A stretch of 64,000 bases of DNA from Candidatus Pyrohabitans jungbluthii (lineage in GTDB: Archaea; Hydrothermarchaeota; Hydrothermarchaeia; Hydrothermarchaeales; BMS3B), in assembly GCA_002010065.2 (NCBI GenBank), contig MTMD02000014.1, forward strand, positions 64,001-128,000. Reading direction: 5' to 3'. The translations under genes and the position numbers were made by a program. Of the stretch, positions 27,865 through 36,843 are shown one piece after another (the first letter of the stretch is position 1; each line of letters starts with the position of its first letter). A model generated the notes under the pieces. The model searched no databases. It was not told the origin of the DNA and saw only the letters and a program-made list of their open reading frames with translations.

Positions 27865-28868
27865 GAGCCCAAACTCTTCACAGTCTCAACCATGGCGCGA
27901 AGGTTCCTATTTGGCGTTAGCGGCGAGATGGCGCACCCCGGGGCGATTATGTCTATACCCGCCTCTATAGCTCGCTTCGTCTCGGCAATCACCTCCTCGG
28001 GGGTGCCAAAGGCTAGGGCGTAGACAGTGTCGATGTTGCCCATAATAGACGCCTTACCTCTGGATACCTCCACAGCATGCCTGGCGTCGGTCTTGGAATC
28101 TATGCTCAGGCAGGTGGCGCCGGTTTCTATCATCTTATCTATAATCTTCGTGCCATCGCCGCAGATGTGGAGAATCGTCGGGCCTTTAATCTTTCGTATA
28201 AGCTCACGGTCGAAGGGCTGGGCAAAGTTAACATAACCCTTGACACCCATAATATCCACAGAGGCAAACATGTTCTCTATTACAATTGCATCCGCGCCGT
28301 GCTCCAGCATGGCGTTGGCATACTCTGCTATCGCCTCAAGGCCAAGGTTTGTGAACTCCTTGACAATCACCGGGTTCTTTATGGACATCTTCAGAATCTT
28401 CTCCATGTTCGCAAGGTGGGCTGCGAGGGAGAAGGGGCCTATTACGTGTCCCATTATTGGCACCTCATCTCCGTACTCCTCCTTGAGAATCTCTATCGCT
28501 TCCAGCACCACCGGAATCCTTCCCCGCTCCAGAAAGTTCTCCGGCACCTCAACACCCTCTGGTGTTGAATAGCCTTTGAAGGGCGCCTCTGGGATGTCTG
28601 TCTTTCTCTTGCCCCACTTCACCTCAAGCCCGAAAATCTCAGCTTCTACCGTCTGGCAAAATGGGACGCCTATGCCTTCCAGACCAACCTGCTCCCAGGC
28701 AGCGGCAGCTAGTTTTGCCATCTTGCGTGCGTCGCGGTAGGCGTCTGGGAAGTATATTCCCAGCTTGTCCATCTGTTCTATGGTTGCTGTCTGGTTTGGA
28801 GAAGTCACAGGCGGGCGGTCAACCTTTTTAAGATGCAGGGCCTTGAGGAATCTTTCCCTCGGTGTCAT
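27861..28868 (-). CDS. MtaA/CmuA methylcobamide methyltransferase, paralog 2
   Basis: MTPRERF, VPFCQTVEAE, GRIP, GPFSLA, HICG...PGC. Confidence 0.9.
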   Translation of the reverse strand: MTPRERFLKALHLKKVDRPPVTSPNQTATIEQMDKLGIYFPDAYRDARKMAKLAAAAWEQVGLEGIGVPFCQTVEAEIFGLEVKWGKRKTDIPEAPFKGYSTPEGVEVPENFLERGRIPVVLEAIEILKEEYGDEVPIMGHVIGPFSLAAHLANMEKILKMSIKNPVIVKEFTNLGLEAIAEYANAMLEHGADAIVIENMFASVDIMGVKGYVNFAQPFDRELIRKIKGPTILHICGDGTKIIDKMIETGATCLSIDSKTDARHAVEVSRGKASIMGNIDTVYALAFGTPEEVIAETKRAIEAGIDIIAPGCAISPLTPNRNLRAMVETVKSLGS

Positions 28869-28880
28869 GTCAATCCTCCA

Positions 28881-29378
28881 CTACTCGCAGAACAGTTTCT
28901 TAAGAACATCATCACTGTAGTTCACAAGCAGCCTTTTCTCCTCCTTAATAGTGGAAGCCACGAAGTGGGTGCCTGTCTTAACCACCCCGTCTATGGCGTG
29001 CATCTCGCGGAGGATTCTCTTCAAATCTTCCCTGTCTTTAGCTTTGGCAATGACGATGAAGTCAAAGTCGCCAAGCACATAATAAACAGTAAAAACGCCT
29101 GAGATGGAAGCGAGTTTCTCCCCTATCTCCTCTGCAGTGGTGTTCTCATAACTGACGTTCACAAAGGTGACGGCGGTCATGTCCAGACCCAAAACCTGGG
29201 GGTCAAGCTCAACAAAGGTGCCCTTAATAAGTCCCATCTTCTCAAACTTCTTCAGCCTGTAGTGCACCGTCGAGCGGCTTATGCTTGTGCGCTTTGATAT
29301 CTCATCGAGGTTGCAGCTTCCATCCTCGTCGATGCATCTGAGTATTTTAATATCCTTCTCTTCAAGCTTTACGGACAT
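28881..29378 (-). CDS. Lrp/AsnC family transcriptional regulator
   Basis: D.KIL..STVHYRLKK..G.IK, LGDFDF, GVVKT. Confidence 0.92.
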   Translation of the reverse strand: MSVKLEEKDIKILRCIDEDGSCNLDEISKRTSISRSTVHYRLKKFEKMGLIKGTFVELDPQVLGLDMTAVTFVNVSYENTTAEEIGEKLASISGVFTVYYVLGDFDFIVIAKAKDREDLKRILREMHAIDGVVKTGTHFVASTIKEEKRLLVNYSDDVLKKLFCE

Positions 29379-29421
29379 GATGTTTTATTGTTTTTTGTAT
29401 TACTATATATAAAATTAATGC

Positions 29422-29435
29422 AGAAGTTGGATATT
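29422..29435 (-). promoter_or_regulatory. candidate operator AATATCCAACTTCT (copy 2), just upstream of the lrp TATA box
   Basis: Exact match to 21305-21318. Confidence 0.5.
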
Positions 29436-29443
29436 TTTCAAAG

Positions 29444-29623
29444 TCACTCCTGGCGCTCGTCTCCTACCTTCATTCTGAGCACTCCCCAGTCCACCAGGAG
29501 CTTGGCTGCAGCATAGGTGTCCTCTGGCGAAAGGTTGAGCTCAGAGGCAAGCTCACACAGGTTTATGCTCTTCCGTTGGTGCATCGCCCTGAGTATCATC
29601 TTTACGGCGATGTCCTTTTGCAT
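29444..29623 (-). CDS. small winged-HTH hypothetical protein
   Basis: INLCELASELNLS....AAKLLVDWGVL. Confidence 0.5.
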   Translation of the reverse strand: MQKDIAVKMILRAMHQRKSINLCELASELNLSPEDTYAAAKLLVDWGVLRMKVGDERQE

Positions 29624-29707
29624 GATATACAATACTGATTTCAGATATATATACTTTATCCAAATAAGTAGCGAAATATTTAAATATAATCCAAACAATA
29701 TGGGTAC

Positions 29708-31021
29708 GTGATGAAAAGACGCCTGCTCACACTGATAGGCGGTATAGGTGTAGACGAAGACAGATGCATAGGGTGCGGAAACTGCGAGGCTGTGTGCCCA
29801 GGCAACTATGAACTCCTCTGCAGGGGTATAGAGGGGAGAGGCACTCTTGTGGTGAGGAATGGTGTCGCGAGTTTTGTCTCAGCCGAGTGCTGCCGCAGGG
29901 ACATACCCGAGAGCGCCTGCAGGCAGTGCTACGACGCCTGCCCAATGCGTGCGGTAATTTATCCTGATAGTGAGGGATTCCAGAGACTGGAAGCTGAGAT
30001 TATAAACGCTGGAAAATGCACCGGCTGCGGTGCATGCGCTGCTGTCTGCCCGGATAAAATTATAGAGATAAATGAATATCCTATACTCAGAGGCGAGTGC
30101 ATAAACTGCGGCTTTTGCCTAGTTCACTGCCCATCAATGCGGAGAGCGTCCACCAAGGGAGAGATCTCGCTCATAGACGAACCTCTTGGGGAGTACAGGA
30201 AGCTGGTGGCTGCAAGGGCTAGTGCAGCAAGAATCGCCAGCGTAGCTCAGGATGGCGGAATTGTTACTGCGCTTCTCACCTATGCGCTGAGGAAGGGCAT
30301 AATAGATGCTGCAGTAGTTGCGGTGAATAGTTCGCAGCCCTGGAAGCCTGTGCCACTGATAGCCTCAACTGAGGAGGAGATAATCGCTGGGGCAGGAACC
30401 AAATATACAAACTCTCCAACACTTGCGGCACTGAAAAAGGCCCGTGAAAGTGGTTTTAAAAAGCTCGGGATTGTGACGCTTCCCTGCCAGAGCAGAGCAC
30501 TTCAACGACTTGAAACTTCAGAACTTGGTAGGGAGCTTATGGACATTGTTGCCCTTAACATAAGCCTCTTCTGCAAGGCTAACCTCCACTACGCCGGGAT
30601 ACTTGAACTCTCACAAAAGTATGGATTCTCCCTCAATGAAGTGAAGAAGTTTGCAATCAAGGGCAAAAGTCTCTACGTGACAACGCCAGCTGGGGTTGTG
30701 GATATCCCACTTAAAGAAGCTCTGAGGTACTGCAGACCCGCATGCAAGTGCTGCGCTGACTTTACGTCGGTGCATGCGGATATCTCAGTTGGCGCGGTGG
30801 GCTCACCCAAAGAGTTCTCCACGGTAATTATCAGAACCAGGAAAGCTGAGGAAATATTTGAAAACATGGTAAAAGAGGGTATAATTGAGGTTAAAGAGGT
30901 TAATGATAAGGGTTTCAGCCTTTTGATGAAGCTTGCGGCTCAGAAAAGCAAAAATACTCAAAATCTCAGTGAGCCTGGAAAGGTGGTTGCAATGATGCGA
31001 GCAGGTGGTGGTGGCCATTAG
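29708..31021 (+). CDS. polyferredoxin-FrhB/FdhB (F420-binding beta subunit) protein
   Basis: Four CxxCxxC..CP-type motifs; QDGGIVT, AGTKY, LPCQ, SLFC, CKCC.DF...ADISVG. Confidence 0.88.
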   Translation: MMKRRLLTLIGGIGVDEDRCIGCGNCEAVCPGNYELLCRGIEGRGTLVVRNGVASFVSAECCRRDIPESACRQCYDACPMRAVIYPDSEGFQRLEAEIINAGKCTGCGACAAVCPDKIIEINEYPILRGECINCGFCLVHCPSMRRASTKGEISLIDEPLGEYRKLVAARASAARIASVAQDGGIVTALLTYALRKGIIDAAVVAVNSSQPWKPVPLIASTEEEIIAGAGTKYTNSPTLAALKKARESGFKKLGIVTLPCQSRALQRLETSELGRELMDIVALNISLFCKANLHYAGILELSQKYGFSLNEVKKFAIKGKSLYVTTPAGVVDIPLKEALRYCRPACKCCADFTSVHADISVGAVGSPKEFSTVIIRTRKAEEIFENMVKEGIIEVKEVNDKGFSLLMKLAAQKSKNTQNLSEPGKVVAMMRAGGGGH

Positions 31022-31120
31022 GAAAAAATCTAAGTATTTCTGTGAATTATTGAAAATTGTATTGCTTACCAAAGAAAAATTTAAATATTGTATCAGGTAT
31101 ATGATAAGTGGGGTAGCAAC

Positions 31121-32140
31121 ATGACGCCGAAAGAGAGAGTGATGAACACACTGGAAAAGAAGGAAGTTGACCGCGTGCCAGTGTTCAGCGGAATGGGCAA
31201 CGTCACCGTGGCTGGGATGCAGAAGTACGGCATCGACTTTGCCTCGTCGCATGCGAATGCTGAGCAGATGGCAACGCTCGCGTGCTCTACCTACGAGCTT
31301 TTTGGATTTGAGTGTGCTGTCGTACCCTTCGACCTGTGCGTGGAAGCAGAGGCGCTGGGCTGCGAAGTGAACTTCTACGCTGGCAAGCAGAACATACTCT
31401 ATCCTACAATAAAGTCGAAGATTCTCAAGGTAGGTGAGGAGCTTCAGGTGCCTGAGAACCTGCTTGAGCGGGGCAGGATACCTCTGGTAAAGGAGGCAAT
31501 CTCGCTTTGCAAGGAGAAGCTCAACGGCGAGGTGGCGGTTGGAAGCTATATTCTCGGGCCATTTACACTTGCGGGGCAGATCCTCGACCTGAACGACCTC
31601 CTCAAGAGTTCATTTAAAAAGCCGAATGATGTCAAAGCTCTGCTGAGCCAGCTGGTTGAGCCGCTGGTTGATATAGCCAATGCATTCCACGAGGCTGGCG
31701 CTGACTATATAACAGTGCGCGAGATGGGAGCACCCAGCGACGTTATCTCGCCGCGCATGTTCAAGATGCTGGTGCAGCCATATCTCAAGGAAACCATCGC
31801 CGGCATAAAGGCGCCGACTATTCTGCACATGTGCGGCGACACCAACATGCTGGTGGAGATGCTCTATGAGTGCGGTGCAAATGCGATAAGCGTGGAGCAG
31901 AAGAACGACGTCGCTGCTACACGCCAGAAGCTTGGCGAGGAGGCGGTGATTCTGGGCAATCTGGATGCATATGGTGTCATAGTTAAGGGCACACCTGAGG
32001 AGGTGGAGCAGTCGGTTAAGCAGGCGATCGAAGCGGGCGTCGACGGTGTAATGCCAGGATGCGACATCTGGCCCGAGGTGCCCGAGGATAACATGCATGC
32101 GCTCATAAAAGCTGTGGAAAAATACGGCGCAAAAAGCTGA
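31121..32140 (+). CDS. MtaA/CmuA methylcobamide methyltransferase, paralog 3
   Basis: MTPKERV, VPFDLCVEAEALG, GPFTLA, HMCG...PGCD. Confidence 0.9.
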   Translation: MTPKERVMNTLEKKEVDRVPVFSGMGNVTVAGMQKYGIDFASSHANAEQMATLACSTYELFGFECAVVPFDLCVEAEALGCEVNFYAGKQNILYPTIKSKILKVGEELQVPENLLERGRIPLVKEAISLCKEKLNGEVAVGSYILGPFTLAGQILDLNDLLKSSFKKPNDVKALLSQLVEPLVDIANAFHEAGADYITVREMGAPSDVISPRMFKMLVQPYLKETIAGIKAPTILHMCGDTNMLVEMLYECGANAISVEQKNDVAATRQKLGEEAVILGNLDAYGVIVKGTPEEVEQSVKQAIEAGVDGVMPGCDIWPEVPEDNMHALIKAVEKYGAKS

Positions 32141-32152
32141 GAGGTGAGGAAG

Positions 32153-32830
32153 ATGACCGAGGACAAGAAGCAGCTTCTGGAAGAGATAAGGAAGGCAGTT
32201 ATAGAATTCGACGAAGACCGCGTGAAGGAGCTTGCCAACAAGTGGATTGAGCTGGGCTATGATGCCAACGAGGCAATTTTTGAGGGCTTGGCCGCGGGCA
32301 TGGAGGTTGTGGGCGATCTATTCGCAAAGAACGAGTACTTCGTGCCCGAGGTGCTCATGTGCGCCGATGCGCTCTACGCAGGCCTCGACATTCTGCGCCC
32401 CCACATAAAGGCGGAGGATAAGACGGAAACTAAAGGCGTGGTGGTAATAGGCACCGTGGAGGGCGACGTGCACGACATAGGTAAGAACCTGGTGAAGCTC
32501 ATGTTCGAGGTTGCAGGCTTTGAGGTGCACGACCTCGGCAAAGACGTACCCCTGGAGAAGTTCGTTGAGGAGCAGCTAAAGACAGACGCAGACCTCGTGT
32601 GCCTCTCAGCGATGATGACTACCACAATGCCAGGGATGAAGAAAGTTATTGAGATGCTTCGCGAGCGCAACCCGAATGTTAAGATCATGATTGGCGGTGC
32701 CCCAGTGTCGGAGAAGACAGTGGAGATGTACGGTGCCGACGCCACGGGCAAGGACGCTGCAAGCGCCCTTGAAGAGGCTATAAAGATGGTTGCCTCGCTT
32801 AGAGAGATGAAGAGGAAGAAGGAGATCTGA
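32153..32830 (+). CDS. corrinoid protein (MtaC/MtbC family)
   Basis: GDVHDIGKN B12 motif, LSAMMTTT, IGGAP. Confidence 0.95.
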   Translation: MTEDKKQLLEEIRKAVIEFDEDRVKELANKWIELGYDANEAIFEGLAAGMEVVGDLFAKNEYFVPEVLMCADALYAGLDILRPHIKAEDKTETKGVVVIGTVEGDVHDIGKNLVKLMFEVAGFEVHDLGKDVPLEKFVEEQLKTDADLVCLSAMMTTTMPGMKKVIEMLRERNPNVKIMIGGAPVSEKTVEMYGADATGKDAASALEEAIKMVASLREMKRKKEI

Positions 32831-32839
32831 GGTGCTGTG

Positions 32840-34777
32840 ATGAAGTACAAGGTGATCTTCCAGCCCTCGGGGCGCAGAGGGGAAATAGAGGAGGGCAAGA
32901 CCCTCCGTGAGGCTGCGATTGAGCTGGGTGTGGGCATAGAGCAGGTGTGCGGCGGCAACAAGGTTTGCGGAAAGTGCAAGGTTCAGATTCAGGAAGGCTA
33001 CTTTGCAAAGTTCGATGTCCACTCCAGCATGAACAACCTCTCGCCCATAGGCAAGGAAGAGCTCAGGCTTCTTAATGAAGAGGAGGTTAAGAACAACTAT
33101 CGCCTAGCCTGTGCTGCCCGCGTGCAGGGCGATGTGCTTGTGTTTGTGCCTGAGGAGAGCCGTGTTGGCGGGCAGATTGTGAGGAAGGCAGCGGGCGAGA
33201 TAAACATTGAGCTCGACCCTGCAGTGCGGAAGTACTACGTCGAGCTACCTCCTCCCACCCTGGAGGACCCTGAGGGAGACTATGAGCGCCTGATGCGCGC
33301 CCTCAAGGAGCAGCACGGTCTCGAGGGCTTGAGCATGGACTACCATGCTCTTAGGGCTCTGCCGTTGGCGCTGAGAGAGGGCAAGTGGAAGGTCACCGTA
33401 ACAGTGTGGAACGATCGAGAGATAATAGGCGTGGAGCCGGGCTATAACGACCGCACCCTGGGCATAGCCTTCGACGTGGGAACGACGACGGTGGTGGGCT
33501 ACCTCACCGACATTAACACCGGCAAGGTTATCGCCATAGACTCCATGATGAATCCGCAGGTAAGCTTCGGCGAAGACGTGATGGCGCGCATCACCTATGC
33601 TATGGAGCACGAAGATGGGCTGCAGAAGATGCATGAGGCAATCATCGGAGGGATAAACAAGATCATCTCAAACCTGTGCAATAAGGCTCAAGTTGGAGTG
33701 GAGGAAATTTCAGAGATAGTGCTCGTGGGCAACACTGCAATGCACCACATATACCTGAACATCTACCCGGAGTACCTCGGCGTATCACCCTTTACGCCCG
33801 CGGTGCACCGCAGCCTAGACATAAAGGCGAGGGACCTCAACATCAAGGCGGCGCCCGGCGCTAATGTGCACGTCCTGCCAATAGAGGCAGGCTTCGTAGG
33901 CGCCGACAACATGGGTGTGGTTGTAGCCCTTGAGCCCGAGAAGAAGGACGACATCTGGCTCATCATAGACATAGGCACCAACGGCGAGATAGTGCTGGGC
34001 AACAAGGACAAACTGCTCTCGACTAGCTGCGCTACAGGTCCAGCGTTTGAGGGTGCGCAGATTACGCACGGCATGAGAGCAGCGCCCGGAGCGATAGAGC
34101 GCGTGCGCATTGACCCGGAGACAAAGGAGCCCCGCTACAAGGTCATAGGCAAGGAAGAGTGGAGCGACGAAGTTAAGAGCGAGGCTCGCGGAATATGCGG
34201 CTCGGGTATAATAGAAGTAGTGGCAGAGATGTTCAAGGCTGGCATTATAAAGAACAGCGGCGTCTTCAATACCAAGCTCGACACCCCGCGTATACGCAAA
34301 GGCGAAAACGGCCAGCCAGAGTATGTGCTCGCCTGGGCGGATGAGACTGCGATAGGCAAGGACATAACCGTTACCCAGAGCGACGTGCGCGCGGTTCAGT
34401 TAGCGAAGGGCGCACTGTACACCGGCTGCAAGATTCTCATGAAGCGCTATGGCATAGATGCTGTGGACAAGGTGATTCTCGCTGGAGCCTTCGGAAGCTA
34501 CATAGATAAAGAAGCCAGCATGGTCATAGGCATGTTCCCGGACTGCGATCTGGACAAGGTTGTAGCCGTGGGCAACGCCGCCGGCGATGGCGCGCGTATA
34601 GCGCTGCTCAACCGTAGGAAGCGCGAGGAGGCTAACGCCGTAGCGAGGCGCATAAAGTACATTGAGCTTACAGTGGACCCCGACTTCCAGACGGAGTTCA
34701 TGCAGGCGATGTACTTCCCACACATGAAGGACAAGTTCCCCCACATCCAGCACATCCTTGATAAGATACCCAAGTAG
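32840..34777 (+). CDS. ATP-dependent reductive activator of corrinoid proteins (2Fe-2S + ASKHA/DUF4445)
   Basis: CGG...CGKC, RLAC, DVGTTT, DIGTNGE, GPAFEG, LAGAFG, GNAA. Confidence 0.92.
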   Translation: MKYKVIFQPSGRRGEIEEGKTLREAAIELGVGIEQVCGGNKVCGKCKVQIQEGYFAKFDVHSSMNNLSPIGKEELRLLNEEEVKNNYRLACAARVQGDVLVFVPEESRVGGQIVRKAAGEINIELDPAVRKYYVELPPPTLEDPEGDYERLMRALKEQHGLEGLSMDYHALRALPLALREGKWKVTVTVWNDREIIGVEPGYNDRTLGIAFDVGTTTVVGYLTDINTGKVIAIDSMMNPQVSFGEDVMARITYAMEHEDGLQKMHEAIIGGINKIISNLCNKAQVGVEEISEIVLVGNTAMHHIYLNIYPEYLGVSPFTPAVHRSLDIKARDLNIKAAPGANVHVLPIEAGFVGADNMGVVVALEPEKKDDIWLIIDIGTNGEIVLGNKDKLLSTSCATGPAFEGAQITHGMRAAPGAIERVRIDPETKEPRYKVIGKEEWSDEVKSEARGICGSGIIEVVAEMFKAGIIKNSGVFNTKLDTPRIRKGENGQPEYVLAWADETAIGKDITVTQSDVRAVQLAKGALYTGCKILMKRYGIDAVDKVILAGAFGSYIDKEASMVIGMFPDCDLDKVVAVGNAAGDGARIALLNRRKREEANAVARRIKYIELTVDPDFQTEFMQAMYFPHMKDKFPHIQHILDKIPK

Positions 34778-34786
34778 GTGAGTAAA

Positions 34787-35770
34787 GTGTTCAGCCTGAA
34801 TAATAAGAATCAGAAGGTCGTGAAGATAGGGAATGTGAAGTTCGGCGGGCGCCCTGGGGAGAATCCCACAGTGCTCATCGGCACAATGTTCTACAACGGT
34901 CACAAAATCCTCGGCTCCCGCAAAAAGGGCGAGTTCGACAAGAAGCGAGCTGAAGAGCTAATAAACCGCCAGGAGGAGCTGAGCGACGCCACAGGCGTGC
35001 CCTGCATGCTTGACATAGTTGCCACATTTGGCGAAGAGGCAAAGCGCTACATCGACTTCGTGGCAGAGGTTACAGACATGCCCTTCTCCACAGATATATG
35101 GACAGAGCAGCCCAAGGTGGAGGCGGCGCAGTACATCGCTGAGGTAGGGCTTCAGGATCGCCACCTGTACAACAGCCTTGCACCATGGGCGAAAGACCCA
35201 GAGTATGAGGTAAACGAGCTGAGCAAGCTTGGTTTGAAGAATGTTCTGCTCGTTGCCTTCAACATGCAGAACCCCACGCCCCAGGGCAGGGTGGAGCTTG
35301 TCAAGGATGTTCTGCTCCCGCGGGCAGAGAAAGCTGGATTCAAGAATATCCTGGTAGACACATCGCTTATGAGTATCCCCTCCTCTCCCTTCTCCTTTTT
35401 GGGAAGCAGGCTGGTCAAGGAGGAGCTGGGCTTTCCAGTGGGCTGCGCTCCCTCGAACGGCACAGACTTGGTTAAGAAGGACGCAGAGGCTAAGTGGGGC
35501 AAGCTCGGCTTCGTGGGCATAGACAGCGCTGCCCATGCGCTGGGCGCAGTCTTCTGGAGCGACTTCCTGCTCTATGGCCCAATAGAGAGCGCCCCATGGA
35601 TATTCCCAGCCATAGCCAACGCCAATGCGATGCTGGCAACCTTCGTCTACGACGAAATCGGCGAGCTTCCAGCGAGCGAGAACCATCCGATATACAAGTT
35701 CTACCAAGACTTCGTGAATGAGCTCAAAGCTGGCAAGGCTTCGCTCAAGGAAATGGAGGCGGAAGGATAG
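34787..35770 (+). CDS. MtrH-like corrinoid:tetrahydropterin methyltransferase (stand-alone)
   Basis: GG.PGENPTVLIGTMFY..H, FD...AE.LI, P.GCAP.N, LYGPIE; AGGTGA RBS before GTG 34787. Confidence 0.88.
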   Translation: MFSLNNKNQKVVKIGNVKFGGRPGENPTVLIGTMFYNGHKILGSRKKGEFDKKRAEELINRQEELSDATGVPCMLDIVATFGEEAKRYIDFVAEVTDMPFSTDIWTEQPKVEAAQYIAEVGLQDRHLYNSLAPWAKDPEYEVNELSKLGLKNVLLVAFNMQNPTPQGRVELVKDVLLPRAEKAGFKNILVDTSLMSIPSSPFSFLGSRLVKEELGFPVGCAPSNGTDLVKKDAEAKWGKLGFVGIDSAAHALGAVFWSDFLLYGPIESAPWIFPAIANANAMLATFVYDEIGELPASENHPIYKFYQDFVNELKAGKASLKEMEAEG

Positions 35771-35777
35771 CTTAGCC

Positions 35778-36527
35778 ATGGAGTACATGGTGATTCCCCC
35801 TGCCCTGAAAACACATTTTTATTTTATTGCCCTTATTTTGTCTTTTGTTTTTTTGACGGGGGTTGGCTTCAAGATAATGCTTATATCCAGCACTCGAGAC
35901 ACAACTGGCAGGCTCTCTATCTTTAGGATCGCTTGGATGAGCCTCACTTCCCTTTTCTCCCCAGAATGCCTTCTCGCCAGGCGGGTTTTTCCAAGGAGCT
36001 GGCTTCGCGGCGCAATGCTCGTGCTCATAATATGGAGCTTTCTGCTAATCATAGCCGGCGGTGTGCTGAGCTATTCTTCTCGCTTGGTCGGGGTCCCGCT
36101 CCGCTCCACCTATCACCTCCTCAGCCTTTCCGTTGACACCGCCGGCTTTCTTCTTCTATTAGGCGTGCTCTACGCCATCGCAAGGCGATATTTGCTCGCA
36201 AGGGAAGAAGTGTTCACCATGCCAGAGGACGGCGTCTTCCTCGGCTTATTTCTTCTTATCCTGCTCTCCGGCTTTGCTGTTGAAGGTGCGAGGCTGGCGA
36301 TAACATCTGCCAGCGACGCGTACTCGCCTTTTGGAAGCCTCGTGGCGGAGCTGCTCTCCCCAGCAACCTTAGAAATGCAGGGGAAGGTATTCGTCTACGC
36401 CAAGCTTTTGCACTTCACCGCAGCCTTTGCCCTTCTCGCATATATCCCCTTCTCAAAGGCGATGCACATGTTTGCAGCGCAAATCACCACACGCTTTGCA
36501 AAAGAAAAAGAGAGGCTGTATTATTAA
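35778..36527 (+). CDS. NarI/HdrE-like membrane subunit
   Basis: TM helices; SGF.VEG.R, H...A..YIPFSK.MH. Confidence 0.75.
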   Translation: MEYMVIPPALKTHFYFIALILSFVFLTGVGFKIMLISSTRDTTGRLSIFRIAWMSLTSLFSPECLLARRVFPRSWLRGAMLVLIIWSFLLIIAGGVLSYSSRLVGVPLRSTYHLLSLSVDTAGFLLLLGVLYAIARRYLLAREEVFTMPEDGVFLGLFLLILLSGFAVEGARLAITSASDAYSPFGSLVAELLSPATLEMQGKVFVYAKLLHFTAAFALLAYIPFSKAMHMFAAQITTRFAKEKERLYY

Positions 36528-36842
36528 TCACCTCTCAAACTCCATCCTCACCGCCTTGGGCGTCGCTGCACCAGTTTCAATCTCCACGGCGCGAATAACT
36601 GCCGCCGGTACAGGGCAGCCGGGATGTAGCCTCGCACGAGTAGCCGCCTGGTAAATTGCCGAGTCGCACATGCCGACGAGAACTTCCTTCGTCCAGTCGA
36701 GGCTCTTAACATCCTCTGCAAACGTTTTAACCTTCTCGCACCCCGAGGTTATGCGTATCTCCACTCTCTTTCCGTGCCTCTCAACGCTTATGCGGGTTAC
36801 AAACTTACAGGAACCGGCGTCTACCTCTGCTCGCGTCGTCAT
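36528..36842 (-). CDS. conserved Cys protein (DUF6951-like)
   Basis: G.C.F, SGC, H..CPVP....A.E.E.G. Confidence 0.7.
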   Translation of the reverse strand: MTTRAEVDAGSCKFVTRISVERHGKRVEIRITSGCEKVKTFAEDVKSLDWTKEVLVGMCDSAIYQAATRARLHPGCPVPAAVIRAVEIETGAATPKAVRMEFER

Positions 36843-36843
36843 C

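Noticed and set aside
34775-34780. Pyrrolysine read-through at TAG-GTG between the activator and mtrH
   Set aside because: AGGTGA serves as RBS for GTG 34787, both proteins are full length, the same TAGGTG junction occurs at dapA/dapB, and no methylamine methyltransferase is present.
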